NCBI GenBank assembly: GCA_050951325.1
Contig: JBMNIW010000004.1
Coordinates: 96,001 to 160,000, forward strand
Direction: 5' to 3'
DNA: 64,000 nucleotides
From: Clostridia bacterium
GTDB taxonomy: Bacteria; Bacillota; Clostridia; UBA1212; DUPL01
A program made the translations under genes and the position numbers. Under the pieces are notes generated by a model that saw only the letters and a program-made list of their open reading frames with translations, ran no database searches and was not told the origin of the DNA. Shown here one piece after another: positions 1 to 9,000 of this stretch; the stretch's first letter is position 1, and every line of letters starts with the position of its first letter.

Positions 1-2
1 GA

Positions 3-245
3 ATCCTCTGAGACCTGAGGGCAGCCCTCCCTGTGCTCCAGGTAGTACCAGAAAAGTCCCTTTTTCATGGCAAGGGAGAAATTGGGAAACCTGGGCAGCG
101 TCATCTCAAGAGCTTTCTGCAGCCTGTCAGGATCAATTTCCTCATTCAGGGTAATTGATACTCTGAAATTGTTGGACCACATTGAATTTTTTGTAACAGG
201 AAAAATTTTTGCAGCGTTATCAAGTCTATACCATTTCTTCTCCAT
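3..245 (-). CDS. Partial CDS (5' part), clostridial alcohol acetyltransferase/condensation-domain-like protein
   Basis: Manual translation from ATG at 245: MEKKWYRLDNAAKIFPVTKNSMWSNNFRVSITLNEEIDPDRLQKALEMTLPRFP...KKGLFWYYLE. Runs off the window edge and overlaps the end of the upstream esterase. Not in the ORF track. Confidence 0.7.
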   Translation of the reverse strand, partial: MEKKWYRLDNAAKIFPVTKNSMWSNNFRVSITLNEEIDPDRLQKALEMTLPRFPNFSLAMKKGLFWYYLEHREGCPQVSED

Positions 246-1122
246 CGGACAACCCTTCCATAAACTCCTTGATTTCATTCAATGCTTCTATTGATTCGGG
301 CACTTCAAAACCGTGCCATACATGCCACATTCCCTCAAATATGCTGAGCTTTGCTTCCACATTCGCCTCTTTAAGCCTTTCATACAAAATTTTCGAATCA
401 TCAAGCAGCACTTCATCGGAACCTACATGAACAAGAACAGGACAGAATCCTGTAAAATCACCATATACGGGTGATATGTATGGATTTTTCAAGTACTCTC
501 CATGACTGTACTTGAGCGCTGCAATTCTGAGCTCGTCGCTGGAAAGAATCGGGTCTTTTTTATCCAAGGTTTTGTGGGATTCATTCGTTATGGTTAGATC
601 CGCCCAGGCGGACAATGTAACCATGCCTATAGGGAGTTCCATGTTGTTATCCTTTAGATAAAGCCCAAGAGCAAGGGCAAGACCCCCTCCTGCGCTTTCT
701 CCCACAACCACAATGTTTTTAGGATTATAATCTTTTGTCAAATGCTTCCACACCTTCACCGCATCTTCAAGAGCTCTGGGAAAGGGGTTTTCAGGAGCGA
801 GTCCGTACTCAAAAGTTAAAACACGGCTTTCAGTAACCTGGCATAGGAGACCTGCAACAGGTCTTGAGCTTATAATCGAACCGCTCAAATACGCCCCTCC
901 GTGTACAAATAAAATGATTTTAGCGGAGTTCTCCTCCTTGGGAATAATCCATTCAGCTTGACACGGGAAATCCGGAGCCGGAGATAGTCCTACTTCCTTT
1001 GGCACACCTTTTATAACTCCCAAAAGATTGTGTCCTTTTCTCCTCTTGTTCAAGCCAAGGCTGTTTATTATTGGTTTTACAGCTTTCATGCCTATTCCTA
1101 AAAATTTTCCTGATTTGCTCAC
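226..1122 (-). CDS. Alpha/beta hydrolase, HSL-like esterase/lipase
   Basis: HGGA oxyanion motif, GESAG nucleophile elbow, catalytic E/D (GSDEVL) and H (GMWHVW). Confidence 0.9.
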   Translation of the reverse strand: MSKSGKFLGIGMKAVKPIINSLGLNKRRKGHNLLGVIKGVPKEVGLSPAPDFPCQAEWIIPKEENSAKIILFVHGGAYLSGSIISSRPVAGLLCQVTESRVLTFEYGLAPENPFPRALEDAVKVWKHLTKDYNPKNIVVVGESAGGGLALALGLYLKDNNMELPIGMVTLSAWADLTITNESHKTLDKKDPILSSDELRIAALKYSHGEYLKNPYISPVYGDFTGFCPVLVHVGSDEVLLDDSKILYERLKEANVEAKLSIFEGMWHVWHGFEVPESIEALNEIKEFMEGLSDGEEMV

Positions 1123-1242
1123 TTTCTTAATCCCCTTTCAACTCCTCACTATATTATACCATACAAACTAAATTCATACATATTGTATTTGCCTTAATCA
1201 GAGTATATAATGTTTATACAAATATTTTCGGAGGTATGAAAA

Positions 1243-2817
1243 ATGCTGGACAGATCTCTTCAAAACTGCGAGATTGTTTCAAATATCAATATGGAAAGAA
1301 AGGAAGACTTTGAATTTCTTTGCAACCATATTGTCCTGTGCATAAGAACCAACAACAAGCCAAACAGGCTGTATACAAACTTTGTAAACACCCATACGGG
1401 GAATATAAAGCAAAAGGAGAAGGTGGACGAAAGGGAAGCCCCATTGAGGCATGCAGGTTTCCCAGAAAAGGAAGGTCATCTTGCAAACGGACAAAGGGAT
1501 GCCATAAACAATTTGAACTTTATGAAAAGCGGAGAGTTTTTCTCTGTTAAATATGCAAATACCGATATAAAACTTTCCACCATCAAATCCATGGTGTTTA
1601 ACAACTTGATTCAATCCGCTCTGGGAAGCGGTCCTGCCCCTATCACAGTCTATGCAGGCAATGATGAAACCATAAAAGATTTACTGGCATATATGAACAT
1701 GCAGGACGAGGGAAACACGCTGTGCAAAAGATGGTTGGAAGGAATAAATACTATTGCCACATACGTAAACGACAAGTACGATGCTCGTGAATTCCAGGCG
1801 ATTACAAAAGACGGAAAAGGCTTCATTACTAAAAAGGACGAAATGGTCGCCATTGATGATATGAAGCAGAAGTTCATGTACAACTGTTTCCTGCTTTTTG
1901 ACAGGAACTTTACCGATCTGACCACATGCCGCGACCTGCTTCAGACAAGGCTTGTCCTTCTGGAGGATGCAAAGAAAAGAATAATCGAAGCTTCCCAAAA
2001 TTTGAACTTTGACAAATCACCACAGGAACTTAAACGGAAACTTGATGAAGATATTTCAAAGTTCACTGACAGGCAAAACAAGTTGAATGCCAGACTAAAT
2101 GAATGGAAGGAATATTTCAACTCTCTTCCAAAAGGACTTAAATTCCTTGTGAAGAAAAAGATTCAGGAGAAATTTGAAGGTTTCGTACAGGATGAAGAAA
2201 AAGATATCTTTTCATCCGACTCAACCTATGAAGATGTAGAAAAACATTACAATGACAAGATACAGACTGTAAAGAATGGGCTTGATGACTACAAGAAAGA
2301 CAAAAAGTATGCTTTCGATGTGTTAGATGCACTTGATGCCTTGAAAAACCTTGGAATTGACATTGAAAATAAGCTGACAAGTCTAACACTGGATGAAGTA
2401 AATGAGATTCTTGACAGCACAGTCCGCTATCATCAGGTATGGTATGCCCTCCATTATTACGAATGCAGGTGGCTTATGGGAGAATACTCCCTCAAAGACG
2501 TTTACAAGCATTTGGTTACAAAAGATGTTATAGAAAGAAGATATCGCCGTCTTTCCATGATTACACCACTTCTTGTAATGAATTTTGAGGATGTTCCCTA
2601 CAACTTCTTTGCCTATGTATCGGAGGACAAACCCATCTCCCCCATTACCGACTTCATGGATCTGTTGATTCTGGATAATGCGGATACAATTCCTGCAGGA
2701 GTTGGCGCAAATGTCTTTTTCCTTGCCAAACAGGCAGTTGTCTTTGGAAAAGAAGAAAAATTGAACGACAGCGTGTTTGACGTATCAAGCAAAAGCTGCA
2801 TTGTGAATATTGATTAG
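1243..2817 (+). CDS. Degenerate SF1 (DNA2/NAM7-type AAA) helicase-like protein, probably ATPase-dead and lacking the C-terminal RecA domain
   Basis: Q motif LANGQRDAI. The Walker A position reads SVKYANTDIKLST with no GxxGxGKT. The Walker B region reads DLLILDNA, followed by LAKQAVVFG. Coiled-coil insert in the middle. Confidence 0.55.
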   Translation: MLDRSLQNCEIVSNINMERKEDFEFLCNHIVLCIRTNNKPNRLYTNFVNTHTGNIKQKEKVDEREAPLRHAGFPEKEGHLANGQRDAINNLNFMKSGEFFSVKYANTDIKLSTIKSMVFNNLIQSALGSGPAPITVYAGNDETIKDLLAYMNMQDEGNTLCKRWLEGINTIATYVNDKYDAREFQAITKDGKGFITKKDEMVAIDDMKQKFMYNCFLLFDRNFTDLTTCRDLLQTRLVLLEDAKKRIIEASQNLNFDKSPQELKRKLDEDISKFTDRQNKLNARLNEWKEYFNSLPKGLKFLVKKKIQEKFEGFVQDEEKDIFSSDSTYEDVEKHYNDKIQTVKNGLDDYKKDKKYAFDVLDALDALKNLGIDIENKLTSLTLDEVNEILDSTVRYHQVWYALHYYECRWLMGEYSLKDVYKHLVTKDVIERRYRRLSMITPLLVMNFEDVPYNFFAYVSEDKPISPITDFMDLLILDNADTIPAGVGANVFFLAKQAVVFGKEEKLNDSVFDVSSKSCIVNID

Positions 2818-3641
2818 ACTACTGCAAAAGTGGCTTCATATTCTTTTAGTTTCCAGAAAATATCGTATACGCTGCTTCCAATTTTCTCAAGAGCGGCCAA
2901 ATCAATTGAATAAGGCTCGTCCTTATTCAATTGATTTACAATTAATTTTAACAGTACTGCCAATTCCTTGTGCAGTTTCTTGCCCACATACCATCTTTTA
3001 TCCACGGGAAAGGAGTATTTGTCCGCATCGATATTCCTTGCCCTCAATCTGCTCTGGACAACACATATTGCATAAAGGTCTGCAAGCAAAACGCATCCAA
3101 GATGTCTCTTTCTAATATCCACGTCAATGAATTGAATATTCTCACTTATCAATGTCTTTCTCTGGCATATCTTTTTTACCTCAGGATATTCCTTGCTCAT
3201 AAGCTCGTATGCAATCATCCGCGATGCAAATGCGTTCCAGAAAGCATAACCCATCATGGAGTCAATTTCAAACTCATCCTCCCCTATTCTATTCCTGTCA
3301 TACTCTCCCTTGTGTATTGCATACACTTTCGCAAGTTCCGAATACAGGGCAAAGGTAAAGTATTTTTCCGTTGAGTACGGTCTGTTGGTAACCAGCACAT
3401 AAGCACAGTCCTCATACACCAAAGAAACGCTCCTCAAAAATGTAGTACGCTCATTAAGTTCTTCAAGGGACAACTTGTCCTCTCCTTTAACCTGGCTTAT
3501 CTCTTTTATCCTGTCCTGTATCTGCTCATTGTGACAAAACTCCACGTATATTTCATATTTCGAAAAGTCAACATTGCAATACTCATCAAAGAACCTTTCC
3601 TTTTTGACATTCAACAGCTCAATAACTTCACGTTTGACCAT
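2814..3641 (-). CDS. Hypothetical protein, paralog of 3663..4460
   Basis: 275-aa ORF sharing KERF, AYVL, Y[ST]E[LM]A[KR], GYxFW, LADL, ARNI and EPYxI motifs with its neighbour. Confidence 0.75.
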   Translation of the reverse strand: MVKREVIELLNVKKERFFDEYCNVDFSKYEIYVEFCHNEQIQDRIKEISQVKGEDKLSLEELNERTTFLRSVSLVYEDCAYVLVTNRPYSTEKYFTFALYSELAKVYAIHKGEYDRNRIGEDEFEIDSMMGYAFWNAFASRMIAYELMSKEYPEVKKICQRKTLISENIQFIDVDIRKRHLGCVLLADLYAICVVQSRLRARNIDADKYSFPVDKRWYVGKKLHKELAVLLKLIVNQLNKDEPYSIDLAALEKIGSSVYDIFWKLKEYEATFAVV

Positions 3642-3662
3642 AATTCTTCACTCCCTTCATAA

Positions 3663-4460
3663 TCAAGAACCTGTCAGACCCTTGTAATCGAACATGGCAT
3701 CATCAAATTTTCTCAGCTCAACTCCAAGTTTTATTAATATCTTCTCAGAGATGATATATGGTTCTTCCTTGAGACTTTGTTCGAGCAGTATCTCATGGAT
3801 GTTGTCCGCATGCATTTTGACTCGTGCACCAAGTATAAAGGTGTCATCTATGGGAAAAGAGATATTCCTTGCACCAAGTTTCTTTCTCAACATAAGAACG
3901 GAAAACAAATCCGCCAAAGGATAAAAACCTGTAAGCTGGTTTATTCCCACATAAGGCAGTTTGGCAAAACCTGAACTTATGTATCTGATATCGGTACAAA
4001 GCTCCCTAATTCTGGAATACTCTTCTGAAAGCAGTTTGTTGGCTATAAATTTGGTGGCGTATTCAATCCAGAATCCGTACCCGATAAGGCAGTTTGCATT
4101 AAAGGAAAATTGCAGTATGTCGCTTCTTTTTACACAGCAGCTTCTTGTTACATAAATTCTCGCCATTTCAGTATACACAGCGCCGGTTACGTAAAAATCC
4201 GTCAGTTTTGGCACATCCTTTATCAATACATATGCCTTGTCCTGATATATAAGTGTGGTGGCATTTGACAGTTCGCCCTGTTCATTCAGGGACATTAATG
4301 TGAACAAGTCCCTGCCGTTCCTTTCAAATATGCCTTCTATCCTTTCAAGCAGCTTGTCCTCCCTGGCAATTTCAATATCTACCGGGTATTCCTTCAGGAT
4401 ATTGCAGGGAAACTTGGAAAGGAAGCGCTCTTTTGCACTTAGAATAGAGATGGTTTTCAT
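3663..4460 (-). CDS. Hypothetical protein, paralog of 2814..3641
   Basis: Start moved to MKTISIL at 4460, after an AGGAGG RBS. Shares motifs with its neighbour. Confidence 0.75.
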   Translation of the reverse strand: MKTISILSAKERFLSKFPCNILKEYPVDIEIAREDKLLERIEGIFERNGRDLFTLMSLNEQGELSNATTLIYQDKAYVLIKDVPKLTDFYVTGAVYTEMARIYVTRSCCVKRSDILQFSFNANCLIGYGFWIEYATKFIANKLLSEEYSRIRELCTDIRYISSGFAKLPYVGINQLTGFYPLADLFSVLMLRKKLGARNISFPIDDTFILGARVKMHADNIHEILLEQSLKEEPYIISEKILIKLGVELRKFDDAMFDYKGLTGS

Positions 4461-4619
4461 TCGGGGGAACCTCCTTGAGGGGGTAATATACAAAAAAGCT
4501 CCTCACAAAAATTAACGCAGACTTTTATTCGTTAATTCGTATAAGGAGCATTCATTACTACGTATCTATTCAGTTTAACCTTATTCTAATATGTCCAATT
4601 CCATTTGTCAAATATTACT

Positions 4620-6095
4620 TCATTTTTGTGTAACAAGGCCTACTGCCCATTTCCATCTGTCAATTATTTTACGTCTTTCATCCTTCGTCATTTCCGGCAC
4701 AAACTTTCTGTCTACCTTGTATTTCTGTCTTATCTCATCCTTTGATTCAAAGAACCCAACCGTAAGACCCGCAAGCAAAGCAGCACCAAAACCGGTGGAT
4801 TCCGTCATCTTCGGCCTTACAATCTCCATATTTGTTATATCTGCCTGGAACTGCATGAGGAAGTTGTTGCTTGTAGCTCCTCCGTCCACCTTGAGACTTG
4901 ATATGTCCACCTTGGCATCCTGTTTAATGACTTCAATAACATCCCTACACTGGAATGCTATGGATTCAAGAGCGGCTCTTGCAATATGATACTTGTTCGT
5001 CCCCCTGGTTATGCCAAACATGGAGCCTCTTACATCCATGTTCCAATAAGGTGCACCCAGACCTGTAAATGCAGGAACAAAAACAACGCCCAAACTGTCC
5101 TTCACCTTTAAGGCAAACTCTTCCGACTGGGCTGAACTCTCAAGTATTCCAAGTTCGTCCCTAAGCCACTGGATTACAGAACCTCCTGTAAACACGCTGC
5201 CTTCAACAGCATACTTCCTCATGACGCCCACATCCGATGCAAGAGTTGTTATCATGCCGCTGTCGCTTTGTATAAACTCATCGCCTGTATTTACCAGCAA
5301 AAAGCATCCGGTTCCATAGGTGTTCTTCATATCGCCTTTTTCAAAACAATTCTGCCCAAACAAGGAGGATTGCTGGTCTCCGCTTAAGGCTGCAATAGGT
5401 ATCGTATGGCCAAAACAAGTCGTTTCTCCAAATACATGCCCTGAAGGGCAAACCTCCGGAAGCATGCTTTTTGGAATATCAAACTCTGAAAGAAGCCTTT
5501 CATCCCACTTCATGTCCCTTATATTAAAAAGCATTGTCCTCGAGGCATTTGTACTATCTGTCATGTGCTTTTTTGTGAAATTGTACAAAAGCCAGGAATC
5601 TACAGTACCAAAAAGCAAATCTCCGTTTTTGGCCCTGTCATACGCACCTTCCACATTGTCAAGAATCCACTTAACCTTTGTGGCGGAGAAATATGCGTCA
5701 ACTATCAAACCTGTATTCTCTTTTATATAACCAAAAAGCTCCTTGCGTCTCTTAATCTCGTCACACATGGAGGCACTTCGCCTGCACTGCCATACAATGG
5801 CATTGTAGACAGGCTCTCCAGTGTATCTGTCCCAGACGATTGCAGTCTCCCTTTGGTTCGTAATGCCAATTGCACAAATTTCCGCAGCAGAAATTCCCGC
5901 CTCTTTTATAACATCATTAATTACACTGAAGGACGACTCATATACTTCCTTAGGATCATGCTCAACCCATCCCGCATTCGGATATATTTGAGTCAGCTCT
6001 TTCTGCTTCTTGTGAATCAGATTCAAGTCTCTATCAAAAAGAAGCGCCTTTGACGATGTGGTACCCTGGTCAAGACTAATGACATACTTTTTCAA
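4620..6095 (-). CDS. glpK: Glycerol kinase
   Basis: DQGTTSS, GITNQRET, NAIVWQCRR, GDQQS, KNTYGTGCF and DGGAT motifs. Confidence 0.97.
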   Translation of the reverse strand: MKKYVISLDQGTTSSKALLFDRDLNLIHKKQKELTQIYPNAGWVEHDPKEVYESSFSVINDVIKEAGISAAEICAIGITNQRETAIVWDRYTGEPVYNAIVWQCRRSASMCDEIKRRKELFGYIKENTGLIVDAYFSATKVKWILDNVEGAYDRAKNGDLLFGTVDSWLLYNFTKKHMTDSTNASRTMLFNIRDMKWDERLLSEFDIPKSMLPEVCPSGHVFGETTCFGHTIPIAALSGDQQSSLFGQNCFEKGDMKNTYGTGCFLLVNTGDEFIQSDSGMITTLASDVGVMRKYAVEGSVFTGGSVIQWLRDELGILESSAQSEEFALKVKDSLGVVFVPAFTGLGAPYWNMDVRGSMFGITRGTNKYHIARAALESIAFQCRDVIEVIKQDAKVDISSLKVDGGATSNNFLMQFQADITNMEIVRPKMTESTGFGAALLAGLTVGFFESKDEIRQKYKVDRKFVPEMTKDERRKIIDRWKWAVGLVTQK

Positions 6096-6967
6096 CTTAC
6101 TGCCTCCTCGATAAAATCAAGAATATCCTTAAAAACCATTTCCCTGTTCAGCTCATTCAGAAGCTCGTGCCTGCAGTCTTCGTACAGTTTCACCCTTACA
6201 TCCTTGACATTTGCCTTCTTCATCCTCTCGACAAGCTTCAAAACACCTTTTCCGTTGTTTGAAACCGGATCCCTGTCCCCTGATACAAACAAATATTTTA
6301 AATCCTTGTCTAGGCTTTTTGCCCATTTTGAGCTATTTACTTCTTTCAAAACCTTGAACATCTCAAAATATGCTTTAGATGTAAAAGTAAAACCGCACAA
6401 ATCATCTTTCACATAATCCACAACTCTTTCGTGGTCTCTTGTCAGCCAGTCAAAATCCGTCCTGGTTGGCTTGAAAGCTTTGTTGTACATGCCGAAACTT
6501 AAACGAGACAGCAGTTTGCTCTCATGTTTTTCGCCTCTAAACAAAACTTCAATACCAGCAATAAATTTGGCAAGAGGAATAATTCCATTTACCCCCTGGG
6601 TTCCGCTAAAAACATATGCATCGAATTCACCTTTGTGTTTTGATGCGATGTATTCTGCAAAAAACGAACCCATGGAATGTCCAAAGCAAATGATCCTCAT
6701 GCCATTATACATTTCCCTAATACTCTTGTTTAACTCCAAAACAGCCTTCACAACATCCTCATGGCTTTTGAAATACCCCTTTTTTTCACCCACAGACCTG
6801 CCGTGTCCAGGCAGGTCTGTACCGCAAACCACATACCCATGATCATTCAAAAATGACGCAAACTCTCTGTATCGATCAAAATGTTCCGCCATGCCGTGTA
6901 TGACATGCACGACACCTTTGATATTATTCACAGGAGTAAAGATATATGTTCCGCCTACTTGATTCAT
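6092..6967 (-). CDS. Lysophospholipase/monoacylglycerol lipase-type alpha/beta hydrolase
   Basis: HGMAEH, DLPGHG, GHSMG, GDRDPV and RHELLNE motifs. Overlaps both neighbours by 4 bp. Confidence 0.9.
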   Translation of the reverse strand: MNQVGGTYIFTPVNNIKGVVHVIHGMAEHFDRYREFASFLNDHGYVVCGTDLPGHGRSVGEKKGYFKSHEDVVKAVLELNKSIREMYNGMRIICFGHSMGSFFAEYIASKHKGEFDAYVFSGTQGVNGIIPLAKFIAGIEVLFRGEKHESKLLSRLSFGMYNKAFKPTRTDFDWLTRDHERVVDYVKDDLCGFTFTSKAYFEMFKVLKEVNSSKWAKSLDKDLKYLFVSGDRDPVSNNGKGVLKLVERMKKANVKDVRVKLYEDCRHELLNELNREMVFKDILDFIEEAVS

Positions 6968-8925
6968 TTTTCAATATACTCCTTTATGATATTGAAATTT
7001 TCAGCAAACTCAATCAAGGCTTTTATGTTTATGGCACTCTCCCAGGGTCTGTACTGGGTTCCGGAACTCTTGAGGTCGTTGTAGTATTCGCACCAGGTGT
7101 ATGTTCTGTCAACCAGATTGAGAGTATCCTCATAAATGCGCATTATTGCCCTTAAGAACACATCAAACCTTTCATCCTCCTTGTCGATAACTTTCATAAC
7201 CTCGTTCAAACTGCCAAGAAGGAAACCAAAGTCATATCCTAGGTTTCTGTCCATGCCTGATGCAGAGGGTATTCTACCCGTTTCAAGATATTTCAAAGAT
7301 ATCTCATAAATCTCATTCATTATGTCATTAATGGTGATAACGGTTGAATTGATAAAAATCGGAAGAAGCAGAACACTTTTCAGCTTATGCACTTTCTTGT
7401 GGTTCCTGAACTCCCTTTCTCCAAGGACTTCCTTTTCAAGACAATCCACACACAGATAAAGCGCTTCCTTGCTCTTTTCAATCCAGCCAAAATATCCGCA
7501 GTAGCCTTCACAAACACCATGTCTGTACATTGGCTTTTCATCGTCCGTTATTCTGTCGGGATTGTTGGTTATGAGTTTTCCGTCAACAAAGAAATTCCTT
7601 GCATAAAGCTTCCTACACTCATCCACTTTCTCCTTTATGTGGCTTACATCAAAGTCAATTCCCAATCGTTTAACTTCATTCATGAATTTGAGAGCCGAAT
7701 CAATAAACATGAGTGTTGCTTCGGAGGATCCGTCGAAAATCGCATTCCTTGGCAGTATTCCGCCAGCAATGTATGTTTCATCACCATTGAATGGCAGCAT
7801 GCCGTTTACTACCTGACTGATTTGTGCCTCCAGAGCCCACTTCAAAAGTGGCAAAAACTCGTCAAAAAGCCTTCTCCTCTCGCCCTCGTCCTCCACGAAA
7901 CCCAGGTAGTCAAAGAACATAAGGACTATATATCCGGTTATCTCTACATCATCATTTTCATGTATGTGCATGACACCCCTCAGACCCATGCCGTGAGCGT
8001 TGTTTATCCTTCCCTCTCGCTTGAACTCATTGAGGAAGAAATACAAAACACCAAGAGCTTCTTCCTTCATGCCCAGCTTAAGCATCCCCCTTACAACACC
8101 ATACTGGTCTCTTACATAACCCAGATGATAAGGATATCCTGCAATAACTCCGCCTTCCTCATGCTGCTGTGTCTTAATATTAATCACGTTGGATTCTATC
8201 GCCTTTAGGAGTGTATCCCTCATCGGCATATCCAGAGGAATCATGGATTCAAAATCGGGAAGGTTGTTAAAATACTCTGCGTATCTATCTCTTGCCTTTT
8301 TCTTTTCATCTTCCACATTCAATTCAAAATACTTTTTCGTTTCCTCTACCGTATCTGGATAATGCCCACCGGCTACAAAGGCGATCCTTCCGCCGCCCTC
8401 AAGATAAATATTCCTTCCATCAAAAGTAATGTTTTCTCCATTTGCATTCGAAATCACGATGGATGCGTACATGTGTCCAACCAAAGGGTATGAAAAGTAG
8501 ATGTATGTACCTGAGATGATTTTAAGCTCAAAAACTTTAACATCACTCTTTCCATACTTGAAGGATACATCCTTTACCATTACATAATCATGAACCGATA
8601 TGGTATGGACAATATCATCGCCTTCAATATCCCTTACAAAAACAGGAGCCTCACTAAAACAAAAATCCTTTATTACAGCGCCCTTTACATTGTATGTGTA
8701 AAAGTTAGTATTTGGCTCCTTTTCAACAGCCATATCATTAAATGTTTTTTTGTATTTGTCTGTTACTCGTATTTCGCCAAAGGAAGGCAGACTGTAAAAC
8801 GGACCAAAGAATTGAAACACATCTGCATTATGATGATAGGTAAGTACTTTACCATTGCCGCATGCATGTACGGAAAAACTATTTATCTGCATATTATCCT
8901 CCAACTTTATATTATTTTCACCCAT
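6964..8925 (-). CDS. Six-hairpin (alpha/alpha)6 glycosidase-like protein (GH15/GH63-like)
   Basis: GGVIAGYPYHLGYVRDQYG segment resembles the GH15-like W/Y-x-RD motif. C-terminal EYY...YRPWESA. Confidence 0.6.
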   Translation of the reverse strand: MGENNIKLEDNMQINSFSVHACGNGKVLTYHHNADVFQFFGPFYSLPSFGEIRVTDKYKKTFNDMAVEKEPNTNFYTYNVKGAVIKDFCFSEAPVFVRDIEGDDIVHTISVHDYVMVKDVSFKYGKSDVKVFELKIISGTYIYFSYPLVGHMYASIVISNANGENITFDGRNIYLEGGGRIAFVAGGHYPDTVEETKKYFELNVEDEKKKARDRYAEYFNNLPDFESMIPLDMPMRDTLLKAIESNVINIKTQQHEEGGVIAGYPYHLGYVRDQYGVVRGMLKLGMKEEALGVLYFFLNEFKREGRINNAHGMGLRGVMHIHENDDVEITGYIVLMFFDYLGFVEDEGERRRLFDEFLPLLKWALEAQISQVVNGMLPFNGDETYIAGGILPRNAIFDGSSEATLMFIDSALKFMNEVKRLGIDFDVSHIKEKVDECRKLYARNFFVDGKLITNNPDRITDDEKPMYRHGVCEGYCGYFGWIEKSKEALYLCVDCLEKEVLGEREFRNHKKVHKLKSVLLLPIFINSTVITINDIMNEIYEISLKYLETGRIPSASGMDRNLGYDFGFLLGSLNEVMKVIDKEDERFDVFLRAIMRIYEDTLNLVDRTYTWCEYYNDLKSSGTQYRPWESAINIKALIEFAENFNIIKEYIEK

Positions 8926-9000
8926 TATATCACAAAACCTGATACAGTTTTCATTTTTGTGCTATAATTATCATGAAAATTTATATCAAAGGAGTTTCAC

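Noticed and set aside
7387-8208. 273-aa plus-strand ORF
   Set aside because: Antisense to the glycosidase-like gene; no recognisable features.
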